Position numbers and translations under genes: made by a program
NCBI GenBank assembly: GCA_963650485.1
Contig: CAVJLN010000010.1
Span: 6,076 to 70,075 of the forward strand
Length of the DNA stretch: 64,000 nt
Direction: 5' to 3'
Origin: Bacteroidaceae bacterium
GTDB lineage: Bacteria > Bacillota > Clostridia > Lachnospirales > Lachnospiraceae
Part shown: piece by piece, positions 10,122 through 20,853 of the stretch
Position numbering within the stretch: the stretch's first letter is position 1
Layout of the letters: each line of letters opens with the position of its first letter
Notes under the pieces: generated by a model
The model's database searches: none
What the model saw: the letters and a program-made list of their open reading frames with translations, nothing else
What the model was told of the DNA's origin: nothing

Positions 10122-11759
10122 TCAGCTACGGTTCTGTGCTTCTACCAGACGCATTCCGCAGTACTGTTCACGAAGCTTCGGCTTCTCAATCTTACCGGTA
10201 GGATTTCTCGGAATGTCAGCAAATACAACCTTATGCGGCCGTTTGTAACGGGGAAGCTTCTGGCAGAACTCATTCACTTCTTCCTCCGTACAGGATTTAT
10301 CCGGCTTTAACTCAATCACGGCAAGGGTCGTCTCGCCCAGACGTTTATCCGGAATACCAATGACTGCCACATCATGAATGGCATCTATGTTGCGCAGGAA
10401 ATCCTCGATCTGTACCGGATAAATGTTCTCGCCACCACTGATAATGACATCCTTTTTACGGTCTACCAGGAAGATGAAGCCGTCCTCATCCATCTGTGCC
10501 ATGTCACCGGTATAAAGCCAGCCTTCGCCATCCATGACTTCCTTCGTTGCTTCTTCATCATTATAATAACAGGTCATTACTCCGGGTCCCTTAACCGCAA
10601 GCTCGCCAACCTCTCCCTGTGGAACCTCATTCCGTTTTTCGTCCACAATCTTAACCTTCCAGCCAAAGCCCGGCTTACCGATCGCGCCAACTTTATCAAT
10701 ATTTTCTACTCCAAGATGAACACATCCGGGACCGATGGACTCACTTAAGCCATAGTTGGTATCATACTGATGGTTCGGGAAATAACGCTTCCAGTGCTTG
10801 ATCAGGCTCGGCGGTACCGGCTGTGCGCCGATATGCATGAGTCTCCATTGAGACAGATCATAATCCTCCAGCTTCACTCTTCCGCTGTCTAATGCTTCCA
10901 GAATATCCTGTGCCCACGGAACTAAAAGCCACACGATCGTACACTTTTCTTTGGATATCGCATCCAATATGTATTCCGGTCTGGTTCCCTTTAACAGAAC
11001 CGCCCTGCTTCCGGACAAAAGAGAACCGAACCAGTGCATCTTCGCACCCGTATGATATAACGGAGGAATGCACAGGAACACATCGTCCCTAGTCTGTCCG
11101 TGATGATTCTGCTCCACACGGCAGGCGTGGATCAGACTTTCATGATTATGTAAGATTGCTTTCGGGAATCCCGTTGTTCCGGAAGAAAAATAAATTGCCG
11201 CATCATCCTGTTCTGTAAGAGGAATCTTCGGTGCCACACTGGAACAGTTTGAAGTCAGTGAACTGTAATCCTCTGCAAAGGTCGGACAATTATCTCCTAC
11301 GAAGAACAATAGGCGGTTGCGGATGATTTCATCTGCAATCTCCTCCACACGCCCGATAAATTCAGGTCCGAATACCAGTACATCAGCCTCGGCCTTTTCT
11401 ACACAATACTGGATTTCATCCGGCGCATAACGGAAGTTCAGTGGAACGGCAAGCGCTCCCGTTTTCATAATTCCGAAATAAATCGGCAGCCATTCCAGGC
11501 AGTTCATTAACAGAATTGCCACCTTGTCCCCCTTCTTAATTCCCCTTGAAATCAGCAGGTTGGCAAACCGGTTCGCCTTCTCATCAAATACCCGCCATGT
11601 AATCTCCCTGCGATAATGGGTCATCGGATTGGGTTCTATCAGTTCATACTCCTTCCAGGTAACTCTCCGGATCTCTTTGACCTCCGGATTAATTTCCACC
11701 AGACAGACCTCATCCCCATAACTTCTGCTGTTCTGTTCCAATACATCTACAATTGTCAT
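10122..11759 (-). CDS. AMP-dependent acyl-CoA synthetase/ligase
   Basis: FSSGTTGFPKA AMP-binding motif, YGLSE, YTGD, RKKDVIISGGENIYP, TGKIEK. Confidence 0.92.
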   Translation of the reverse strand: MTIVDVLEQNSRSYGDEVCLVEINPEVKEIRRVTWKEYELIEPNPMTHYRREITWRVFDEKANRFANLLISRGIKKGDKVAILLMNCLEWLPIYFGIMKTGALAVPLNFRYAPDEIQYCVEKAEADVLVFGPEFIGRVEEIADEIIRNRLLFFVGDNCPTFAEDYSSLTSNCSSVAPKIPLTEQDDAAIYFSSGTTGFPKAILHNHESLIHACRVEQNHHGQTRDDVFLCIPPLYHTGAKMHWFGSLLSGSRAVLLKGTRPEYILDAISKEKCTIVWLLVPWAQDILEALDSGRVKLEDYDLSQWRLMHIGAQPVPPSLIKHWKRYFPNHQYDTNYGLSESIGPGCVHLGVENIDKVGAIGKPGFGWKVKIVDEKRNEVPQGEVGELAVKGPGVMTCYYNDEEATKEVMDGEGWLYTGDMAQMDEDGFIFLVDRKKDVIISGGENIYPVQIEDFLRNIDAIHDVAVIGIPDKRLGETTLAVIELKPDKSCTEEEVNEFCQKLPRYKRPHKVVFADIPRNPTGKIEKPKLREQYCGMRLVEAQNRS

Positions 11760-12031
11760 TTTCCTGCTCCTTTGTTGTTCGATAACTCTTTTTGTTGTGT
11801 ATACTCATTATGTTGTTCTTTTGCACTTTAACGCTTTTACCTATTGAAGTATACCCTTACAGACATTATTTGTCAAGAAAAAGGCAACAGACCATTCTAT
11901 GTCGGCTTTCAAATATTGTCTATTCTGTAATTCTTTTGCATCTATCCCAACAAAAACAGACAGCACAGAATCCCTTCCATGCTGTCCTATTACACACAAC
12001 TAAAATTATTGTCTATTCAGTTACCGGAAAA

Positions 12032-12709
12032 TTACACTTCCTTCTTGGGCTTCCGTCCACAGCACTTTGTCTCGGTACAGAATCCGGTAACCTCACACTT
12101 CGGCTGAAAATAATTCTCGGTTAAGAACTTCCACTCTTCCGAGTAATTACTGAGTTCCGCCTTCATATCGTTCATCAGCCGGCGAAACTCCCAATATGCT
12201 CTCGTACAGAGTCTCTGATGAGACATATCCACGAGATTCCTTAAATTGGTACGAAGTACCACCTTGCTTTCCATTCCAAGCGGAAGAAGCATACCCACAT
12301 CCTCACGCGGCAGCTCCATCGCTTCCAGCTTCTGCATTGCCGTAAGAATCTCTTCCATGGCATGCTCATAAATCGCTTTCGCCTCTTCATTACCAGCAAT
12401 CGTCGGCGGCGTCACATATGGAAAGCCCTTCTGATAATTGATATATCTGGTAGAAGCCTGCAGTCTTGTCGGGCTGCCTCCGATATGGGTATATAATTCA
12501 CGGATCACTCTTGCGGAATATCCTTCGAGAATCATGTAAACCTGCGGATACTCCCAGGTTCTTCCGTGTCCGGAAGAAAGGCAGTCCAGTCCTCTCTTAT
12601 AGTTACGGTCTTCTTTCGTGATGTCGGCTCCCCAGCATACACCGGCCTCACGCCCGATCAGACTGATTGGATCCTTTGTGGTTTCATTTTGAATTATGAT
12701 CTTTCCCAT
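12032..12709 (-). CDS. thyX: FAD-dependent thymidylate synthase (divergent motif)
   Basis: GHGRTWEY, QASTRY, LLPLG, NLRNL, RLCTRAYWE, C-terminal Cys cluster. Confidence 0.85.
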   Translation of the reverse strand: MGKIIIQNETTKDPISLIGREAGVCWGADITKEDRNYKRGLDCLSSGHGRTWEYPQVYMILEGYSARVIRELYTHIGGSPTRLQASTRYINYQKGFPYVTPPTIAGNEEAKAIYEHAMEEILTAMQKLEAMELPREDVGMLLPLGMESKVVLRTNLRNLVDMSHQRLCTRAYWEFRRLMNDMKAELSNYSEEWKFLTENYFQPKCEVTGFCTETKCCGRKPKKEV

Positions 12710-12795
12710 CTTTGTTCTCTTCTCTCCGTTCGTTTATATGGTCTGCTTCGCAGGATATTTGCTCGTTAATGAGCCCCGAAAACCAAATGTCTGTT

Positions 12796-13869
12796 TCACA
12801 GCCGCTTGGTTTTCTTTGGGCTCATTACATTATACATCACCTCATTAATTCTCTGCAAGAGCACAATAAGTCCGCCAATTGCAAATGGGACGATCCAGGT
12901 CACGAAACGGAATACCAGAATTGCCGGTACGGTCACGGATTCCGGTAAGAAGAACCCAAACAGGAGAAGGAAAACGAATTCCAGCGAACCGATTCCGGAG
13001 GGCGCCGGAATCACACCTGCAAGCATATAGGCAACTGCCATCAGGCACACATTTAAGAAGAAATCCGGGAACTCCTGTCCACGGAACATATAGGCCGGAA
13101 TGAGATACACCATAAGAAGCATCCCCATACTTTTAAGCAAAACCAGAAGGAAGCCGCCCTTTTTCCGAAAGACCACCTTCCCGGTATCATTTAAAAGCCC
13201 GGCCTGTTCTTTGCCCTTCTGCAGTGTTTTCTGTAAAGAAGGGAATTTCCCGGACAGCTTATCACATCCCCAGTTCACAAATTGCAGCACCTTAGAAGAA
13301 GCTGCAACAGAAAGCATGACCACCACAATCACAAAGGTGATGAGAACACCCACCACCATATATTTCCCATAAGATGTACAGATCTCATCCATTTTCCCGG
13401 ATGTAAGCAGGAACAGAAATCCGCTCACACCAAGAAGCATCACGGCAATTTTCTTTAACACAAACTGAAGCATCGAAATGCCCGTTCCCTGTGCCGGTGG
13501 AATATCTTTTTTTGACAGATAATAAATCTGTGCAATTCCTGATCCGCTCCCCAATGTAATCAGGCGGTAAAATTCACAGCAATAGGCTACTTTTATCGAC
13601 TCCCACAGCGGATAAGCGTTTCCGGATAACCGTACCACGCCCTGCATGACGGCTCCTTCCATAAAGAAAAAGCCACCTGCAAGCAGACAGCATATGACAA
13701 TCTCATAGAAAGACAATGCCCGAATTCCACTTATAATGTCTTCTAAAGAATCCCGGTAAAAAACCAGCGCTGCTGCCAGCAGGATCCCTACCAGCAGCAG
13801 ACTGATGATTCCGCTATATTTTCTTTTCTTCCCTTTTCCTTTTTCTCTCTTCATGTATCCTTTCTTCAT
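12796..13869 (-). CDS. Lysylphosphatidylglycerol synthase TM-like (flippase-like) membrane protein
   Basis: Multi-pass membrane protein with IPAPSGIGSLE and FRFVTW motifs typical of LPG_synthase_TM/UPF0104. Confidence 0.78.
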   Translation of the reverse strand: MKKGYMKREKGKGKKRKYSGIISLLLVGILLAAALVFYRDSLEDIISGIRALSFYEIVICCLLAGGFFFMEGAVMQGVVRLSGNAYPLWESIKVAYCCEFYRLITLGSGSGIAQIYYLSKKDIPPAQGTGISMLQFVLKKIAVMLLGVSGFLFLLTSGKMDEICTSYGKYMVVGVLITFVIVVVMLSVAASSKVLQFVNWGCDKLSGKFPSLQKTLQKGKEQAGLLNDTGKVVFRKKGGFLLVLLKSMGMLLMVYLIPAYMFRGQEFPDFFLNVCLMAVAYMLAGVIPAPSGIGSLEFVFLLLFGFFLPESVTVPAILVFRFVTWIVPFAIGGLIVLLQRINEVMYNVMSPKKTKRL

Positions 13870-13975
13870 ATCATATGACTCATAACTATTACAACGACTC
13901 AGTTACAGACCACTTGAAACCATTTTATATGGAATTCCTACAGTAGTTCTGAATCCCATTTTCTTCCCATTCTTC

Positions 13976-15376
13976 TTAATCTGCCTTCTTATAGTTCTCA
14001 TAGCTCGGCTTCTTGTGCGGCGTTGCATTCCAAAGCTTTTCTGCTTCCGGTGCCCACTGCTTGGCGTAAGCATGGCACTTCTCACATAAATGCTCTGCCG
14101 TTTCCGGGGACTGGAGATCGGTGGACTTTGCTCCGGTTTCCTTTACCATGTGCTGCAAAATCTCCGGATTTTCCAGCATCGGGCAGGGTCTTAAATGATT
14201 CTCATTGAACGGCTGGTTATTATAATATGCCATAAACAGCGGGGAGTGCAGGATCTCAAGCAGACTGCTTGTCCGGATGTTGGCATTTGAGTAATGAATG
14301 AATACACAAGGCTCTGCATCACCGTTCGCATTGATATGGAAATAATTCCGTCCACCGGCAATACATCCGCCAACATATTCTCCATCATTCTGGAAGTCCA
14401 TGGTAAAGATGCCCTTGCCATGTGTCATATTACGGATTTCACGTACACGCTCACGCATATATTTTCTCTGCTCCATGGTAGGAAGAAGCTCCACAGCCGC
14501 ATCGTTTCCTACCGGCATGTAATGAAAGTACAGAGAATAGCGGCATCCCTTTTCCACTATCAGATCAATGAATTCATCACTGGTTACGGTTTCAATATTC
14601 TGTGAAGTATAGCAGATGGATGTTCCGAAGATTAATCCATACTCCTTCAGCAGATCCATCGCCTGCATCACCTTCTCAAACACTCCTGTTCCACGACGCA
14701 GGTCATTCACCTCTGAGAATCCTTCCAGACTGATCGCCAGATAAAGGTTTCCAAGCCTTACCATCTCCCGACAAAGCGCTTCATTCACCAGAGTACCGTT
14801 TGTATAAGCAAGGAACGCACAATCATGATGCTTTTCACACAGTCTTAAAATATCATCCTTACGAACCAGCGGTTCTCCGCCTGTAAACATATAGAAGTAA
14901 ATTCCGAGCTCCTTTCCCTGTGTGATGATATCGTCCATTTCCTTGAAGGTCAGGTTCAGACGGTTGCCATACTCTGCTGCCCAGCATCCGGTACAATGCA
15001 GATTGCAGGCACTGGTCGGGTCCATCAGAATCAGCCACGGAATGTTGCACTTCTGTACCTCTCTTATCTTCCGGATCGTCTTCGTTCCATGAAAAAAGGC
15101 TTCATAGCCAAGGTTTAGAGCTGTCATTTTTAATACATATGGATCGACCTCATCTAAGAGACGATGAATATATTTGTTTAGGGTTCCGTCCTGATCACAG
15201 ACCATCTGCTTTGCCTTATCATAATCAATATCAATTTTTTCGCCATCCATATATTTCTGCATCAGGTCAATCAGCTTTACGATTTCACCCTCAGGATTTT
15301 TATTGAGGTTCTTTAAGGTAACGTCCAGTGCAGTACCAAACGCAGCTCTTCCTGCTGCATGTGTCATAGCTCCCAT
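13976..15376 (-). CDS. Radical SAM protein with SPASM/twitch domain
   Basis: CNLHCTGC CxxxCxxC, TGGEP, CIAGG...NGDAEPCVF; start at MGAMTH after GGAGGA. Confidence 0.9.
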   Translation of the reverse strand: MGAMTHAAGRAAFGTALDVTLKNLNKNPEGEIVKLIDLMQKYMDGEKIDIDYDKAKQMVCDQDGTLNKYIHRLLDEVDPYVLKMTALNLGYEAFFHGTKTIRKIREVQKCNIPWLILMDPTSACNLHCTGCWAAEYGNRLNLTFKEMDDIITQGKELGIYFYMFTGGEPLVRKDDILRLCEKHHDCAFLAYTNGTLVNEALCREMVRLGNLYLAISLEGFSEVNDLRRGTGVFEKVMQAMDLLKEYGLIFGTSICYTSQNIETVTSDEFIDLIVEKGCRYSLYFHYMPVGNDAAVELLPTMEQRKYMRERVREIRNMTHGKGIFTMDFQNDGEYVGGCIAGGRNYFHINANGDAEPCVFIHYSNANIRTSSLLEILHSPLFMAYYNNQPFNENHLRPCPMLENPEILQHMVKETGAKSTDLQSPETAEHLCEKCHAYAKQWAPEAEKLWNATPHKKPSYENYKKAD

Positions 15377-15596
15377 CTTCGTATCCTCCTGCTTCTTTTG
15401 TAAAATATAACAGATCCCCGATCCCCGGTTCACGCTTTCGTGTTATCTTGTTCTCTTGATTTCAGAATACATAAACTGTTTTTAAAGATAAATGGACAAA
15501 AAAAAGACAATGCATGAAATTTATACATTGTCTTAATTTTGCTTAATTTTTAAGCACTTTTGTTAAAATGTCTATTGCTTTTGTCCCATATCTTTC

Positions 15597-17003
15597 TTAT
15601 TCCCTGCCATCCCAGCAGTAGGTACAGAGCCTGCAGCGGTCGATTCCAACAGATGCAATCATGTCATCCAGACGGTGGAACCGTAAGGAAGTAAAGTTCA
15701 ACTGTACGCCGATCCGCTTTACCATCTCCTGATACTCGAAAGAGTCCGGATTGGAATACGCACTTAAATTCACATCAGCTGCATTTCCGGTCATTTCCTT
15801 AATCGTTCTTCTGGTAATCAGTTCCATCTCGGATGAAGAACGTGAGAAATTCAGATACTTACATCCATATAATAACGGTGGGCATGCCGTACGGATATGT
15901 ACTTCTTTCGCTCCGCTCTGGTACAGGAATTCGGTTGTTTCCCGAAGCTGTGTACCACGTACAATGGAATCGTCAATCAGCAGAAGGCTCTTGTCCTTGA
16001 TCAGGTCATGTACCGGAATCAGCTTCATCTTTGCAATCATATTCCGCTGACTCTGGATCGTCGGCATAAAGGAACGAGGCCACGTTGGCGTATACTTGAT
16101 AAACGGTCTGGAAAAGGGAATTCCGGACGCATTGGAATATCCGATTGCATGTGCTACACCAGAATCCGGAACACCAGCCACATTATCCGGATGCACATCA
16201 TCCCTCTTTGCAAGGAGTGCACCACAGTTGTAACGCATCTTCTCTACACTGATGCCCTCGTAGGAAGAAGACGGATAACCGTAATATACCCAGAGAAAGG
16301 TACAGATCTTCATATCCTTACCTGGTGAAACCAGTGACGTTACTGATTCCGGCGTCACAATAACGATTTCTCCGGGGCCTAACTCCTTTTCATCCACATA
16401 ACCGAGGTTCAGATAGGCAAAGCTTTCAAAGGAAATACAGTAAGCATCCTCCTTTTTTCCAACTACAACCGGCGTTCTCCCAAGCCGGTCTCTGGAAGCA
16501 TAAATTCCCTTGGGTGTCAGCAGCACCACTGTCATGGAACCATCAATCACTTCCTGCACATACTGCAGACCTTCGATCAGATTGTCCTTCTGATTGATAA
16601 TGGCTGCCACAAGCTCGGTTGCATTGATATCCCCGCCGCTCATTTCAAGGAAATGGGAATGTCCCGAGGAAAACAGCTTTTCAACGATAGCTTCCACGTT
16701 ATTGATCTTACCAACGGTCATGATCGCATAAGTACCATGATGAGAACGCACAAGCAGAGGCTGTGGTTCATAATCTGAAATACAGCCGATTCCCAGGTAA
16801 CCCTGCATTTCATTTACATCCTTGTCAAACTTAGTCCGGAAAGGCGCATTCTCAATATTGTGAATGGCTCTTTCAAAACCGGTCTCTTTATTATATACGG
16901 CCATACCTGCCCTTCTGGTTCCCAGATGGGAATGGTAGTCCGTACCGAAAAACAAGTCAAATACGCAATCCTTCTTTGACGCTACGCCAAAAAATCCACC
17001 CAT
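15597..17003 (-). CDS. purF: Amidophosphoribosyltransferase (variant lacking N-terminal Cys)
   Basis: PRPP-binding LIDDSIVRGT, GVPDSG, CTYCW; in an operon with purC and purB. Confidence 0.9.
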   Translation of the reverse strand: MGGFFGVASKKDCVFDLFFGTDYHSHLGTRRAGMAVYNKETGFERAIHNIENAPFRTKFDKDVNEMQGYLGIGCISDYEPQPLLVRSHHGTYAIMTVGKINNVEAIVEKLFSSGHSHFLEMSGGDINATELVAAIINQKDNLIEGLQYVQEVIDGSMTVVLLTPKGIYASRDRLGRTPVVVGKKEDAYCISFESFAYLNLGYVDEKELGPGEIVIVTPESVTSLVSPGKDMKICTFLWVYYGYPSSSYEGISVEKMRYNCGALLAKRDDVHPDNVAGVPDSGVAHAIGYSNASGIPFSRPFIKYTPTWPRSFMPTIQSQRNMIAKMKLIPVHDLIKDKSLLLIDDSIVRGTQLRETTEFLYQSGAKEVHIRTACPPLLYGCKYLNFSRSSSEMELITRRTIKEMTGNAADVNLSAYSNPDSFEYQEMVKRIGVQLNFTSLRFHRLDDMIASVGIDRCRLCTYCWDGRE

Positions 17004-17042
17004 AAATATATTCCTTTCCTTAAAACTACCCTCATGATTTAT

Positions 17043-18494
17043 TTATACATTGATCTCAACCTTTACGCCAAGTAAATCCCGGTTATCCTGTAAGATCGGC
17101 GAAATCACCTTTCTTAAGAACGCTTCTACCTGTTCTCTGGAACGCCCCACATAACGGGACGGCTCCATAGTCTTCTGTAAGTCTTCAAGAGTCATATGGA
17201 ATTCGGGATCTGCCGCAATCAGCTCCAAAAGATTGTTTTCCTTTCCTTCCTGCTTCACATTCTTACCGGCTTCCATGGATAACTCACGGATCTTTTCATG
17301 CAGTTCCTGACGGTTTCCACCCATCTTTACGGCATCCATCATGATATTCTCGGTTGCCATAAACGGAAGCTCGCTTAACATATGCTTCTCAATGACCTTC
17401 GGATAAACCACCAACCCATCGACAACATTAAGACACAGGTCCAGGATTCCGTCAATTGCAAGGAACGCTTCCGGAATGGATAGTCTCTTATTGGCAGAAT
17501 CATCCAATGTACGCTCAAACCACTGGGTTGCAGAGGTAATTGCCGGATTCAGCGCATCGATCATCACGTAACGGGAAAGAGATGCAATCCGTTCACTTCT
17601 CATCGGGTTTCTCTTATAGGCCATGGCAGAAGATCCGATCTGGTTCTTTTCAAACGGCTCTTCCACCTCCTTAAGGTGCTGCAGCAGACGGATATCATTG
17701 GACATCTTATGGGCACTGGCTGCAATTCCTGCAAGGACATTGGCAACTCTCGTATCCACTTTGCGGGAATAGGTCTGTCCGGAAACCGGATAGCATTCCT
17801 TAAAGCCCATCTTCTGTGCGATCATCGGATCAATCTTGTCGATGGTCTCCTGATCTCCGTTGAACAGTTCAAGGAAAGAAGCCTGCGTTCCTGTGGTTCC
17901 CTTGGAGCCAAGAAGCTTCATCCCCGAAAGCACATGGTCAAGATCCTCGAGATCCAGGCAGAATTCCTGCATCCATAAGGTAGCACGCTTTCCGACGGTA
18001 GTCGGCTGTGCCGGCTGGAAATGGGTAAATGCCAGTGTCGGCTGTGCCTTGTATTTATCTGCGAAGTCTGCAAGCTCTTTTAAAACATTAACGAGCTTTT
18101 TCTTCACAAGACGGAGTGCTTCTGTCATCACGATAATATCGGTATTATCACCCACATAGCAGCTTGTTGCGCCAAGGTGGATAATGCCGGCAGCCTTCGG
18201 GCACTGCTGTCCGTAAGCATAAACGTGGCTCATGACATCGTGGCGCACTTCCTTTTCTCTTGCTTTGGCCACATCATAGTTGATATCATCGGCATGGCTC
18301 TTTAATTCATCAATCTGTTCTTTGGTAATGACCGGCTTTCCATCCTGGGAAAGTCCCAGTTCCATTTCGGTCTCTGCGAGAGCAATCCAGAGCTTACGCC
18401 AGGTACGGAACTTCATATCCGGAGAAAAGATATACTGCATGTCCTTACTGGCATAACGCTCCGACAAAGGGCTTACATATCTGTCTGTACTCAT
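17043..18494 (-). CDS. purB: Adenylosuccinate lyase
   Basis: GSSAMAYKRNP fumarate-lyase signature, RHDVMSH, FTHFQPAQ. Confidence 0.96.
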   Translation of the reverse strand: MSTDRYVSPLSERYASKDMQYIFSPDMKFRTWRKLWIALAETEMELGLSQDGKPVITKEQIDELKSHADDINYDVAKAREKEVRHDVMSHVYAYGQQCPKAAGIIHLGATSCYVGDNTDIIVMTEALRLVKKKLVNVLKELADFADKYKAQPTLAFTHFQPAQPTTVGKRATLWMQEFCLDLEDLDHVLSGMKLLGSKGTTGTQASFLELFNGDQETIDKIDPMIAQKMGFKECYPVSGQTYSRKVDTRVANVLAGIAASAHKMSNDIRLLQHLKEVEEPFEKNQIGSSAMAYKRNPMRSERIASLSRYVMIDALNPAITSATQWFERTLDDSANKRLSIPEAFLAIDGILDLCLNVVDGLVVYPKVIEKHMLSELPFMATENIMMDAVKMGGNRQELHEKIRELSMEAGKNVKQEGKENNLLELIAADPEFHMTLEDLQKTMEPSRYVGRSREQVEAFLRKVISPILQDNRDLLGVKVEINV

Positions 18495-18504
18495 TCCCTT
18501 CCTC

Positions 18505-19212
18505 CTATGCAAGTCCAAGTCTCTTGAACACTTCGTTGTAAGCTTCTTCTACATTTCCAAGGTCACGACGGAAACGATCCTTGTCCAGCTTTTCATTGGT
18601 GTGGACATCCCACAGACGGCAGGTATCCGGAGATACTTCATCTGCTAACAGGATTTCTCCGTGAAAGCGTCCAAACTCGATCTTAAAGTCAATGAGCTTG
18701 ATATCTGCCTGCAGGAAATAAGCCTTCAGTACTTCATTTACCTTAAATGCATACTTTTTGATGGTATCGATCTCCTCCCAGGTTGCAAGTTCCAGGGCAA
18801 CAGCGAAGTAGCTGTTGATCAGCGGATCGCCCAAGGCATCATTTTTATAACTGAACTCAATGGTAGGCTCTTTAAAGGGGGTTCCCTCCGGTACTCCAAG
18901 ACGCTTGCTGAAGCTTCCTGCAGCCACATTACGGATAATAACCTCTAAAGGTACAATATCAACCTTTTTTACAGCAGTTTCACGGTCACTCAGTTCCTCG
19001 ATCAGATGGGTCGGTACCCCTTCCTTTTCCAGAAGCTTAAATACGTGATTGGTCATACGGTTATTGATGGCACCCTTTCCTACGATGGTTCCCTTCTTTT
19101 CGCCGTTGAAGGCAGTTGCATCATCCTTGTAATCCACGATAACAACATCCGGATCCTCTGTTGCAAATACCTTCTTTGCCTTTCCTTCATAAAGCTGTTC
19201 CATTTTTTTCAT
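18505..19212 (-). CDS. purC: SAICAR synthase
   Basis: [43 protein letters not shown]. Confidence 0.97.
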   Translation of the reverse strand: MKKMEQLYEGKAKKVFATEDPDVVIVDYKDDATAFNGEKKGTIVGKGAINNRMTNHVFKLLEKEGVPTHLIEELSDRETAVKKVDIVPLEVIIRNVAAGSFSKRLGVPEGTPFKEPTIEFSYKNDALGDPLINSYFAVALELATWEEIDTIKKYAFKVNEVLKAYFLQADIKLIDFKIEFGRFHGEILLADEVSPDTCRLWDVHTNEKLDKDRFRRDLGNVEEAYNEVFKRLGLA

Positions 19213-19314
19213 GATTATCCTCCATTCATGCGTGAAATTTCTGAATAGTTACAAAGTTTGTATATCTGAAAAAACATCGGTTTCCCAATGTTCTTTACAG
19301 GCAATAAAATCCGA

Positions 19315-20076
19315 TCAGGCGTTCAGTTTTCCGATAAATTCCTTCACCCGTTCATTTTCCGAAGCAAAGATCTCTTCCGGAGTTCCCTGCAGTTTAATAT
19401 GACCGTCTTCCATGAAAATGATCTTGTCCGATACTTCTTTCGCAAATTGCATTTCATGAGTCACGATGATCATGGTCATATGCTGCTTTGCCAGTTCCTT
19501 AATGACCTTAAGCACCTCCACCGTAAGCTCCGGATCAAGTGCGGATGTCGGTTCATCAAAAAAGAGAATCTGGGGCTGCAGGGCCAGTGCCCTTGCAATC
19601 GAAACTCTCTGCTGCTGTCCTCCGGAAAGCTGGCACGGATAGGCATCTGCCTTGTCGGCAAGCCCCAGCTGCTCTAAAAGCTTCCTGGCTCTCTCCACGG
19701 CCTCTTCCTTCGGTACTTTATCGACACAGACGGGGGCGTCTGTAATATTCTTCAATACGGTATAATGCGGAAACAGATTAAAATTCTGGAAGACCAGTCC
19801 GAAGTACTTCCGGATCTGCTTTAATTTCGCCCTGGAAGCATATACGCACCTTCCATTTTCTTCCTTCGCTGCTGCTTCCCCAAGATAAATCAGGTCTCCC
19901 CCATCCATCTTTTCAAGTAACGTTGCACATCGAAGGAGCGTGGACTTTCCGGAACCGGACGGTCCGATAATCGAAACCACCTCTCCGCGGTGTACCTCCA
20001 AGGAAATGTCCTCCAGTACATGCAGGTCACCGAAATGCTTTCTGATATGATTCATCTGTAATAAAGTCTCATTCAT
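19315..20076 (-). CDS. Polar amino acid ABC transporter ATP-binding protein
   Basis: GPSGSGKST, LSGGQQQR, FDEPTSALDPEL. Confidence 0.93.
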   Translation of the reverse strand: MNETLLQMNHIRKHFGDLHVLEDISLEVHRGEVVSIIGPSGSGKSTLLRCATLLEKMDGGDLIYLGEAAAKEENGRCVYASRAKLKQIRKYFGLVFQNFNLFPHYTVLKNITDAPVCVDKVPKEEAVERARKLLEQLGLADKADAYPCQLSGGQQQRVSIARALALQPQILFFDEPTSALDPELTVEVLKVIKELAKQHMTMIIVTHEMQFAKEVSDKIIFMEDGHIKLQGTPEEIFASENERVKEFIGKLNA

Positions 20077-20088
20077 TCCGGCTGCCTC

Positions 20089-20736
20089 CTAATGATAATA
20101 GTCCATGGATTTCTCAATCCGTTCCATAATCGCTGCCACAAGCAGATTAAAAATATAGTAAAATACACCGGCTGCCATCAGCGGCATAATGCTCGTTTCG
20201 GCGGCTGCAATCTGCTTGGCCAGCGTGAACATCTCTGCCTGCGACAAAACAAAGGCAAGAGACGTATCCTTCACCAGGGTAATCGTTTCATTCGTAATGG
20301 ACGGCAGAATCCGCTTCATCACCTGTGGAAAAATGATCTTGAAAAAGGTCTGCACCTTTCCATATCCAAGGATTTCTGCGGCCTCATACTGTCCGACCGG
20401 CATGGATTCAATTCCTCCACGGTAAATCTCTGCAAAGTATGCCGCATAGTTCACCGCAAAGGCAATAATGATCGCAGGGAACCGGTATCCCTTCAGGTTA
20501 CTGCCAAATAGATAGTACGGTCCGAAGTATACCACAATCAGCTGCAGCATCAGCGGCGTGCCTCTCATAATAGAAATATATATCTTACTGATACCTTTTA
20601 GCAACACATTTTTTGACATTCTTCCAAAAGCCACCAAAAGTCCCAGCGGTAACGAAAAAAGTAACGTCAGAAAAAAGATTTCTACCGTTACTACCATTCC
20701 CTGTCCCAATTGCAATATAATCGTCTGAAAATTCAT
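20089..20736 (-). CDS. Polar amino acid ABC transporter permease
   Basis: RGTPLMLQL, AYFAEIYRGG, GQYEAA, LVKDTSL. Confidence 0.93.
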   Translation of the reverse strand: MNFQTIILQLGQGMVVTVEIFFLTLLFSLPLGLLVAFGRMSKNVLLKGISKIYISIMRGTPLMLQLIVVYFGPYYLFGSNLKGYRFPAIIIAFAVNYAAYFAEIYRGGIESMPVGQYEAAEILGYGKVQTFFKIIFPQVMKRILPSITNETITLVKDTSLAFVLSQAEMFTLAKQIAAAETSIMPLMAAGVFYYIFNLLVAAIMERIEKSMDYYH

Positions 20737-20853
20737 ACCTTACTCCTGTGTGTATAAGTTAACTCAAAAATGATCCACCGGATCATTTTCTCATATGCAT
20801 GGCAACATAACTATTCAGGGGCAGAATCTGCATTCTGCCCCCGGAACACTTCT

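Noticed and set aside
15533..15555. CTTAATTT direct repeat as a response-regulator box for the radical SAM gene
   Set aside because: It overlaps the purF terminator stem in AT-rich DNA, which is insufficient evidence.
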